Part shown: one piece after another, positions 31,011-38,228 of the stretch
Position numbering within the stretch: position 1 is the stretch's first letter
How the letters are laid out: each line of letters begins with the position of its first letter
DNA from: Candidatus Nomurabacteria bacterium
GTDB lineage: Bacteria > Patescibacteriota > Minisyncoccia > Phycocordibacterales > UBA5272
Direction of reading: 5' to 3'
NCBI GenBank assembly: GCA_028286645.1
Contig: JAQBRF010000003.1
Coordinates: forward strand, 12,323-76,322
Length of the DNA: 64,000 nt
Made by a program: the position numbers and the translations under genes
The notes under the pieces: generated by a model
Database searches by the model: none
What the model saw: only the letters and a program-made list of their open reading frames with translations
What the model was told of the DNA's origin: nothing

Positions 31011-31104
31011 TCTGTTTAAAAAAGCTAATAAAATCAATTATACAAGGCTAGTTTCAGACTACCTTTATGTATTAGAACTAAATATCCTGTATCAAGATTA
31101 AAAG
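31011..31104 (+). repeat. About 90-bp diverged direct repeat, copy 1 (copy 2 at 32211-32300)
   Basis: tctgtttaaaaaagctaataaa...agactacctttatgtattagaac vs tctgcttaaaaggctaataaa...agactccctttatgtattagaac. Confidence 0.75.
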
Positions 31105-31137
31105 TCATTCTTGTTGGATAATTCAAAGATTTTACAG

Positions 31138-32100
31138 CTAGTCTAATCTGCCATATAGAGGGTTAAAATAGCCATATTCTAATTTTTTATCGTCACGCTT
31201 TATCCTCTTATCAGTAATTATTTGACTGAATACATCTTCTAACCCTTTTACTTCTATCTTTTTTAAATCTACTGTCCACTTAGAAAATAGTGGGTAATTT
31301 CTAAGAACATCCGAACCTTTAATTTTCTTTATTTTACTTATCAGTTCATCTAAGACAGGATCATCTTTTACTAATTCCGTGAAATCTTTGTAATCTCCAT
31401 TTAACATTGATCGTGTTAATGCTTTAAATACAACATCTTCCGGAACACCAGTCCTGAAGGATATACTTTTTACAAGTAACTCAACTAATGCTTTACCAGT
31501 GCTATAAATGTCTCTATTTAATAGAGGAATGATTTCACTTGTGCTATATATTTCTGCCCCAATTTCAGTAATTTCAATTTTGTCGCCTTTTCTACGGAAG
31601 TATTCATATGCAATCGCTTCGGCAATGAGTTCGGTTAGACCTTCGTTAAGGGATTCATTTTCAGTTATCCTATAGGGAATGCCTAAAAATCCCACTTTTA
31701 CTTCTTTTTCATTCAAGCCGACTCTAAATTTATTTTCATTCTCAACTTCGCGATCTGAAATTGCATGTGTGAGCTCGTGTGCTAAATAAAAAATAAAATC
31801 CTCTATTTCTTTAGATAGATTCCCGTTTGAAAAAATAACTTTATCTTCAATAGGATCATATGCTCCTTTAACCCTGTAAACATTATTGAGAAAATTAATA
31901 GTTTGATTATGTTCTTCTTGAATAGTTTTGCGGCTTATTTTTTCTGCTCGCTCTTTACCAACTCCAGCTTTTTCTAATACTTCAGAACAAATACTTTTGA
32001 GTAATTTAAAATCTACTAGTTCTAACTTTTGCTCAAGCTGTGAAGATTCTTCTCCCTTCTTCTTACTTTCTTGAGGAAAAGACATTCCTGGATTAAACAT
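31138..32100 (-). CDS. Hypothetical zincin-like metallopeptidase
   Basis: LAHELTHAIS plus LNEGLTE third-ligand motif. Confidence 0.7.
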   Translation of the reverse strand: MFNPGMSFPQESKKKGEESSQLEQKLELVDFKLLKSICSEVLEKAGVGKERAEKISRKTIQEEHNQTINFLNNVYRVKGAYDPIEDKVIFSNGNLSKEIEDFIFYLAHELTHAISDREVENENKFRVGLNEKEVKVGFLGIPYRITENESLNEGLTELIAEAIAYEYFRRKGDKIEITEIGAEIYSTSEIIPLLNRDIYSTGKALVELLVKSISFRTGVPEDVVFKALTRSMLNGDYKDFTELVKDDPVLDELISKIKKIKGSDVLRNYPLFSKWTVDLKKIEVKGLEDVFSQIITDKRIKRDDKKLEYGYFNPLYGRLD

Positions 32101-32131
32101 ACTTGAATCATATCACATAAGAATCTTAATT

Positions 32132-32219
32132 TGTGACCCAAGTAGGAGAGAATTGGAACTCTCTAATTATAGAGCTTTTGGAGTGGCAGAAGTTGGGAAA
32201 AGAACTAGTTTCTGCTTAA
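32132..32219 (+). mobile_element. Putative att junction with orphan recombinase-like C-terminal tail
   Basis: tgtgaccc...gagaat..gaactc mirrors the tRNA-Glu 3' end at 34294; reads VTQVGENWNSLIIELLEWQKLGKELVSA* with no start codon context. Confidence 0.55.
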
Positions 32220-32314
32220 AAGGCTAATAAATTTAAGTAGCTTAACTCAATTAAAGACTCCCTTTATGTATTAGAACAAATAACATGTCACAATAAAAAG
32301 TATATAATCACCCT

Positions 32315-33262
32315 ATGACAATGATATTTGGAGTAAACCTATGTGACCGCATTTATTTATCTGGAGACACGAGGCTTACAAATAAAGATGAACAGGGAAA
32401 TATAAAAGAAACTAAAGACTGCATCATGAAAGTGGTAATTTTATCGCACGATCTTGCTGTTGCCGCTGCAGGAAGCGCTAAAATGGCATCTTATCTTATA
32501 AGGAAAATGGAGAAGAGCGATTTGATAAACTTCAATATTAGGGAAACAAGAGAAAATATACAAAGCATATTAGCTCCTATAGTAGAAAAATATTGGATAG
32601 ATAATAAAAGTCAGGAGGAGGTCTGTTTTATTTTCGGAGGTATTAACAAAAGCAAAAAAAAGGAATTTGAAGTTCAGCAAGTAAAAAATGAGCTTGATAA
32701 GTTTTTAAAACATCAAGAGTCCAAGGGTACATCTCTTAGTGTTAGACCCGCTCTAAGTAATATTTTATTTCAGAAAGAGTTTGATGAACCATATGACTCT
32801 ATGGTTTTTTCCATAAAAATAGCTCCACCTCTTACTTTTGAGGTTAATGACACTAAATGGGGAGAATACTTAGCATTTGGCTCAAATGGAATTACAAAAG
32901 AAAATATACCAGATTACACTCTTGGGAAACTAGAGTTTGAAGTTAAACCTCGCGGAGAAGATGAGTTATCTCATGATAATATGATTATTACAGCCTTGGT
33001 TTATTCAGTTGCTAAAGAAAGAAAGGAGCCCACTATCGGAAAAGCTGTTACTACAGTTATTCTCAACGGAAATATAAGCGCCTTAATAGGGGGTGGTGTA
33101 TTTCTAGCAAATGTTCATGAAAAACCACTAACTGCTGAGCATGTTTCTGAAATTGTTGTTATAGGAGGCACTGTTTATAGAAGAGATGATAAAGGAACAC
33201 ACCATAAATTAACTAGTTTAAAAGACTTTAAGGAATTCGGTAAGCTTTATATGGCAATTTAA
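32315..33262 (+). CDS. Proteasome-beta/HslV-like Ntn-hydrolase fold protein
   Basis: M-T start, SGDTRLT, KVVILS..LAVAAAGSA, later AFGS. Confidence 0.65.
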   Translation: MTMIFGVNLCDRIYLSGDTRLTNKDEQGNIKETKDCIMKVVILSHDLAVAAAGSAKMASYLIRKMEKSDLINFNIRETRENIQSILAPIVEKYWIDNKSQEEVCFIFGGINKSKKKEFEVQQVKNELDKFLKHQESKGTSLSVRPALSNILFQKEFDEPYDSMVFSIKIAPPLTFEVNDTKWGEYLAFGSNGITKENIPDYTLGKLEFEVKPRGEDELSHDNMIITALVYSVAKERKEPTIGKAVTTVILNGNISALIGGGVFLANVHEKPLTAEHVSEIVVIGGTVYRRDDKGTHHKLTSLKDFKEFGKLYMAI

Positions 33263-33277
33263 GTAGAGTAAATAAAT

Positions 33278-33586
33278 ATGACTATTAAGCAACAAATAGC
33301 AATCAATAAAGTAGTGGAAAACGGTGGTAACATAAGCAGAGCAATGCGAGATTCTGGTTACTCAGAAGCTACAATAAATAATCCATATAATTTAACTAGA
33401 AGCAAAGCCTTTCAAGATTTATGTGAAGAGATAGGGTTAACAGACGAATTGCTTGTCCTCTCTCTTGTCGATGATATAAAAAATAAGAAATGGAAGCCTT
33501 TTGATTTTAAAGTTATAAATGCAGTACGGCTTCCGAATATAAGACCCGTTAAAAAAAGATTAGATAATAAGAAGAAACGGTCATGA
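33278..33586 (+). pseudogene. Chimeric ORF: phage terminase-small-subunit-like N-terminus fused to a duplicated C-terminus
   Basis: GNISRAMRDSGYS HTH-like segment; last ~33 aa match the end of ORF 35962-36243. Confidence 0.5.
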
Positions 33587-33612
33587 CCACACAAAAGAAG
33601 ATTGTGTGGTTT
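33483..33612 (+). repeat. About 130-bp segment duplicated in inverted orientation at about 35935-36068, including a terminator hairpin
   Basis: agttataaatgcagtacggcttccgaatataag and accacacaa...attgtgtggt shared by both copies. Confidence 0.9.
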
Positions 33613-33636
33613 GTTTTAGCGCCCCATGTGGATGTT

Positions 33637-33957
33637 TTACTGCAAGGAACCAACAAATACTACAAAATTTTCACCTTCCTTTTGTAAGTTTATACCTTTA
33701 AAAGGACTAAAGCCCATAATTGTGTGTATACCATTTAAGTTAGTGTGGCCACTTTTCTTTAGATAAGAAAATACTTCCTGAGCTAAATTTGTTAAATTAC
33801 TACTACCTCCCGATTGTAAAGAAACATGTACGGGATTATTTTTATTTCCTATAAAATCAGTAATTTTATTTTTATCTTCTTCAGAAAGATTTATTTTTGT
33901 TTCCCCGAAGACGTTTACATTATTATTACCATTTATATTGTTTTGATTGATATTCAT
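33637..33957 (-). CDS. Hypothetical protein with Asn/Gly-rich N-terminus
   Basis: MNINQNNINGNNNVNVFGETKIN followed by a small globular domain. Confidence 0.7.
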   Translation of the reverse strand: MNINQNNINGNNNVNVFGETKINLSEEDKNKITDFIGNKNNPVHVSLQSGGSSNLTNLAQEVFSYLKKSGHTNLNGIHTIMGFSPFKGINLQKEGENFVVFVGSLQ

Positions 33958-33960
33958 ACT

Positions 33961-34140
33961 TTACTTTGTTAAAAACTCATAAATATAGCTAGCAATTATT
34001 GAGATTATAATTCCTCCGATAAAACCTTCTCCCCGCACTTTCCAAACAAATTTATTATTTATTTTTGTTTCATTGCCCGAGTTTGAGAAATTAGCATTGT
34101 TTTCACCATTGGTATTATTTTGTTTTATATCTATAGGCAT
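33961..34140 (-). CDS. 59-aa protein with Asn/Gly-rich N-terminus and C-terminal TM helix (not in the ORF track)
   Basis: Manual translation MPIDIKQNNTNGENNANFSNSGNETKINNKFVWKVRGEGFIGGIIISIIASYIYEFLTK; stop lies 3 nt before the next ATG. Confidence 0.7.
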   Translation of the reverse strand: MPIDIKQNNTNGENNANFSNSGNETKINNKFVWKVRGEGFIGGIIISIIASYIYEFLTK

Positions 34141-34295
34141 GGGTTATGGGGGCTAATTGTTTAGAATGTTCCTCTTACTACACTAGATAGTGACTCCCTA
34201 TGGGACTGCGATTTTTAACAAGTTGAGTACAACTTAAAAAATCGGGAGCCTCCAGGTCACAGATTTAAAAAGCATTATTAAATTTTTTAAATCTG

Positions 34296-34367
34296 TGACC
34301 CCACGGAGAATCGAACTCCGCTTCCGAGCTTGAAAAGCTCGTGTCCTAACCGATAGACGATGGGGCC
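34296..34367 (-). tRNA. tRNA-Glu(TTC)
   Basis: GGCCCCATCG...CGAGC-TT-TTC-AA-GCTCG...GTTCGATTC...GGGGTCA. Confidence 0.95.
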
Positions 34368-34526
34368 AATAAACGAAATTATACCCTCATCGTCCTAAGT
34401 AATCTCACGTATGGGCGATGAGGCCAGCTGGTCGTATCCCAGTCATAATTGACTGGTCCAGTGGACGATATAATACCATGTTTATAACGTTTTTTCAATA
34501 GTTCTGATTGGTTATATACTATAGAA

Positions 34527-34964
34527 ATGGAAATATTTTTTACACCCTCGGTTATTTTATTAGCAACCATTGCAGGTTATATTCTTGGAGGTATTTGGTA
34601 CTCCCCTTTGCTCTTTTTCAGGTGGTCTTTAGAAGCAGAAGGACTGACGGTTGAAACAAATCCAAGGCGCGGGAGATCATATAAAACTAAAGTATTACTT
34701 TATACATTAATAATCACAGGCATTTTAGCCTCATCTCTTGCTCTAATTTTAGATATAGCAAATCCATCTTCTTTGAAGGACGCATTATATCTATCCCTTT
34801 TAATTTCTGTGGGGATAATCGGAGCGACGCGATTAATGGATCTTATGCATAGTGCCATTGGCACTTATAATAGTGGAAGGAATCAGAAGAAATTCCTCGT
34901 GTGGTCACTTTACTATATAGTAATGTTTGCGGTCATGACTATTGTCATGTATTATGTCCGCTAG
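34527..34964 (+). CDS. DUF1761-like membrane protein
   Basis: GGIWYSP motif and 4 TM helices; paralog at 61272-61683. Confidence 0.7.
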   Translation: MEIFFTPSVILLATIAGYILGGIWYSPLLFFRWSLEAEGLTVETNPRRGRSYKTKVLLYTLIITGILASSLALILDIANPSSLKDALYLSLLISVGIIGATRLMDLMHSAIGTYNSGRNQKKFLVWSLYYIVMFAVMTIVMYYVR

Positions 34965-34977
34965 ATAAAAGCATCAT

Positions 34978-35302
34978 ATGCAGGGGCGGTTAGCCCCTGT
35001 CATCCAAAGTTAGATCATTATGTTCTATGTCTATATTTTAAAAAGTAAGAAAAATGGTAACATATACACGGGCTATAGTAATGATCTTAAGCGTAGATTG
35101 ATAGAACATAACTCAGGCCACAATGTTTCTACCAAGCCTTATATACCATATGAACTCATTTACTATGAGGCTTATAGATCAGAAGGTGACGCCAAGGAAA
35201 GGGAACAACATTTGAAAATAAATTATAGGACAGCTGTACAATTAAAAAATAGATTAAAAAGATCCTTGGCGTAATCTCACTTTGGATGCAGGGGCGGTTA
35301 GC
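34978..35302 (+). mobile_element. GIY-YIG mini-element inserted at the 5' end of tRNA-Val
   Basis: 17-bp direct repeat atgcaggggcggttagc (34978, 35286) and imperfect 23-bp inverted repeats (34994-35017, 35272-35294) bracketing one gene. Confidence 0.7.
35020..35274 (+). CDS. GIY-YIG nuclease family protein
   Basis: YVYIL...IYTGYS.DLKRRL.EHN, YYEAY, ERE..LK. Confidence 0.92.
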   Translation: MFYVYILKSKKNGNIYTGYSNDLKRRLIEHNSGHNVSTKPYIPYELIYYEAYRSEGDAKEREQHLKINYRTAVQLKNRLKRSLA

Positions 35303-35364
35303 TCAGTTGGTAGAGCGTCACATTGACGTTGTGAATGTCAGAGGTTCGACTCCTCTACCGCCCA
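35292..35364 (+). tRNA. tRNA-Val(GAC)
   Basis: GGGCGGTTAGCTCAG...TCACA-TT-GAC-GT-TGTGA...GGTTCGACTCC...CCGCCCA. Confidence 0.95.
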
Positions 35365-35499
35365 CAAAACACGAAGTGTTTTAGGTAAAAAAGCAAACTG
35401 CTTTGCTTTTGTGAGGAGTCGAATAGGGGTCGCGAGGTCTTCTGTTCTGAAGACATGAAGAACTGACCTTGTGACCGAATCTCCTCTACCGCCCACAAA
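35365..35499 (+). repeat. tRNA-3'-linked structured repeat element
   Basis: aaaagca/tgctttt hairpin, inverted T-arm copy gaggagtcgaa, 19-bp direct repeat ctcctctaccgcccacaaa at 35481-35499. Confidence 0.75.
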
Positions 35500-35883
35500 T
35501 ATGGATCAAACAATAAAATTACAAATTAAATCGGGACTAACTTCATTTGACGGGATTATTTTACCTGACAATTTTATTGAGCAAGAAATAAAAAGAATGG
35601 GAATTAAACCTGAGGAAGTTTCTATGTTGTTTGTAAAGGAGATGCTAAGGCGTGTGCATCATTATTAATCGCCCATTTTCATAAATTTTTGTTTGTCCAT
35701 AATGCAGATCTATGGACGCTAGGACGTCAAAATTTACCGCTACCCCAATTAGACGAAATAACAAAAAAAGTAGAAGAATATAACGAATGGAGAAGTGGCA
35801 GAAAATCAGAAAAACCTGAATGGTTTAACGAGCGAGATGATTGGCATAAAGGAAATGATAATGATGGGCCAAAAATGAAATAA
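35500..35883 (+). pseudogene. Two short ORFs in different frames, possibly one broken gene
   Basis: MDQTIKLQ... stops at 35668; protein-like sequence resumes in another frame to 35883. Confidence 0.35.
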
Positions 35884-35961
35884 CTAAAGTTTACATCTTC
35901 ATGCAGATATAAACTTTTCGTCTAAGCCCATAAAAAACCACACAATCTCCTCTTTGTGTGG

Positions 35962-36243
35962 TCACAGCCATCTTTTTTTATCCTTTCCGTCTTTTTTATT
36001 TGGCCTTATATTCGGAAGCCGTACTGCATTTATAACTCTAAAATCAAAAGGCTCCCATTTCTTTTTTTCAAGATCATTAAATCTCTCGCCTTCTCGAATC
36101 TTTTTTACCGCCTCCTTTTCTACTGCCGGCTTGTCTCTTCCCAAGACAGGAATTGTCAATTGAGAGATCTTTCGGCCTTGCCTACTTATAACATCGCCGG
36201 TTACAGCCCACATTGATTTTGGGGCCAGACAAACGTGTTTCAT
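35962..36243 (-). CDS. Small basic hypothetical protein
   Basis: AAGGA SD-like sequence, terminator directly after the stop; C-terminus conserved in the second copy. Confidence 0.65.
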   Translation of the reverse strand: MKHVCLAPKSMWAVTGDVISRQGRKISQLTIPVLGRDKPAVEKEAVKKIREGERFNDLEKKKWEPFDFRVINAVRLPNIRPNKKDGKDKKRWL

Positions 36244-36289
36244 AGCAAAGTGTCCTTATCTGGGGACCTTGCTGTAATAATACCATCTT

Positions 36290-36736
36290 TTACTCGTGGT
36301 GGTACTTCTCCCCTTTTATTATTGTGAATGCCCTATAAATCTGCTCAAGCAAGATAACCCGAACTAGCATATGCGGAAAAACCAGGTTTGACAGCTTCCA
36401 GACATAATTAGCCCGCTCTTCTACGTTTTTTGAAATCCCATACGCTCCCCCTATTATAAAAACAATTCTTCTCACCGAATCTACCATTCTATTTTCTATA
36501 AGCTCGGCAAGTGCTTCGCTTTTTATGTCTCTCCCCTTTTCATCGAGTAAAACTATATAATCTTCTTTCTTTATATGCGATAACATCTTTTCGCCTTCTT
36601 TTTCTTTCGTGCTTTCATGAGGAATATATAGCCATTCAAGCGGAGCATAGCGCAAAATCTTTAATGCGTAATGATTAAGCAAGTCTTCGGAAGTGGCATC
36701 TTTTTCTTTTCCAACGGTTAAAATAAGGATTTTCAT
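36290..36736 (-). CDS. rlmH: 23S rRNA pseudouridine-1915 N3-methyltransferase
   Basis: MKILILTVGK, LDEKG, FIIGGAYG, FPHMLVRVILLEQIYRA, YHH. Confidence 0.95.
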   Translation of the reverse strand: MKILILTVGKEKDATSEDLLNHYALKILRYAPLEWLYIPHESTKEKEGEKMLSHIKKEDYIVLLDEKGRDIKSEALAELIENRMVDSVRRIVFIIGGAYGISKNVEERANYVWKLSNLVFPHMLVRVILLEQIYRAFTIIKGEKYHHE

Positions 36737-36785
36737 CAGAATGGTATAATATACACTACGATATATAAATAGTATAAGCAAACTT

Positions 36786-37793
36786 ATGGCACGACGCATC
36801 ACACTATCTTTTACATGGCATTTAGTTGTTATCGGAATGATTATCATTCTGATTATTTTAGCTGGGTTAGGATTCGGTGGATATAAATTATATAAAAAGA
36901 TTCAAAACACAGAGCTTACTCAAAAGCAAATACTGCAAACCCAGGAAGAAGAAAAGTTGGCCCAGGCACAGAAAAACCAAGAAATTATACAGGAGCAGCA
37001 AAATGCATTAAACCAGGCACAGACTGAATTAACCCAGACTAAATCAAATGCTGAGAAAACAAATTCGCAGCTAAAGACTATTTCTCAAACTCTTCAAGCG
37101 CAGCAATCTGCTCCGAAAGATATAATCATTTCTTCAAATGATCTTTCTCCTTACACCACAGGAGTAGTACAAGTAATATGTGTAATGGGCAACAACATCT
37201 CAAGCGGGTCCGGAACATTGTGGAACTTTAATGAAGTGCCGAACGCTGTTCTAACGAATTATCATGTTGTAAAGGGGGCGGATAAATGCGTTCTTTCTAT
37301 TACTAATAGCGCGAATGTAAATATAGGATTATTTAACTTAGATGCTTCTATATATTCATATAATAAAAGTATTGATGAAGCGGTACTGTCCATCACTTCT
37401 CCTATATCTGGAAATACTCCTATATCAAACTATAATTTCTCACTATCAAAAGTTAGAGAATGCAGTGCCGTCATGCCAGTAGGAACTCCGGTAGTTATAA
37501 TCGGATACCCTGCATATGCGAAAAGAGATACTACAATGGAGCTCGGCACCATAGGAACTGTAAATGTTATTTATAGAACAGTAACGAATGGAATTGTCTC
37601 CGGATACGATACATCAGCCGCCGGTGAAGCGAATTATTTCGTATCCGCTAAAATAGACGCGGGAAATTCTGGAGGTATGGCAATAGCCAAAGACCCAAAA
37701 GGATTATGTTTACTTGGACTTCCTACATGGCTCACAGTGGGAAACTACGAAACGCAGGGGCTTGTTCAAAATATTCACAATGTACTGCCATAG
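36786..37793 (+). CDS. Membrane-anchored trypsin-like serine protease with coiled-coil stalk
   Basis: LTNYHVV, DEAVL, IDAGNSGG. Confidence 0.85.
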   Translation: MARRITLSFTWHLVVIGMIIILIILAGLGFGGYKLYKKIQNTELTQKQILQTQEEEKLAQAQKNQEIIQEQQNALNQAQTELTQTKSNAEKTNSQLKTISQTLQAQQSAPKDIIISSNDLSPYTTGVVQVICVMGNNISSGSGTLWNFNEVPNAVLTNYHVVKGADKCVLSITNSANVNIGLFNLDASIYSYNKSIDEAVLSITSPISGNTPISNYNFSLSKVRECSAVMPVGTPVVIIGYPAYAKRDTTMELGTIGTVNVIYRTVTNGIVSGYDTSAAGEANYFVSAKIDAGNSGGMAIAKDPKGLCLLGLPTWLTVGNYETQGLVQNIHNVLP

Positions 37794-37795
37794 CC

Positions 37796-38215
37796 AGATT
37801 TTAGACATTAGATTTTAGATTGTAGATTAAATGTTAGAATACATACATGGCTTCTTATAAGGAACTTTCTGTTTGGCAAAAATCCTATCAATTAACACTA
37901 GATATTTATTCTGCAACCAAGAAGTTTCCTAAAGAAGAACTTTTTGGTTTAGTCTCGCAAATGAGAAGGTCAGCTGTTTCTATTCCTAGTAATGTAGCGG
38001 AAGGAAACGGCAGGTTTGGGAGGAAGGATCACCTTCAATTTATTAGAATAGCTTATGGTTCTGGGTCAGAACTTGAGACCCAACTTCTCTTATCAAGAGA
38101 CTTGAAATATGTATCTGAAGAAGAATTTAAAAAGTTAAATATATTGCTTGATGAAGTAATGAGGATGCTAAATAAATTAGCTTCGTCTTTATCTAAAATC
38201 TAATGTCTAAAATCT
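37796..38215. repeat. Perfect 25-bp inverted repeat bracketing the four-helix-bundle gene
   Basis: agattttagacattagattttagat (37796-37820) is the exact reverse complement of 38191-38215. Confidence 0.92.
37847..38203 (+). CDS. Four helix bundle protein (23S rRNA IVP / Avd-like, TIGR02436 type)
   Basis: YKELSVWQKS, FPKEELFGLVSQMRRSAVSIPSNVAEG, IAYGSGSELETQL. Confidence 0.93.
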   Translation: MASYKELSVWQKSYQLTLDIYSATKKFPKEELFGLVSQMRRSAVSIPSNVAEGNGRFGRKDHLQFIRIAYGSGSELETQLLLSRDLKYVSEEEFKKLNILLDEVMRMLNKLASSLSKI

Positions 38216-38228
38216 ACCATCTACTACC

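Noticed and set aside
33278-33586. Intact prophage
   Set aside because: Only a terminase-small-like fragment; no structural, lysis or integrase genes.
37847-38203. Diversity-generating retroelement suggested by the Avd-like protein
   Set aside because: No reverse transcriptase and no TR/VR pair with adenine-specific mismatches seen in the window.
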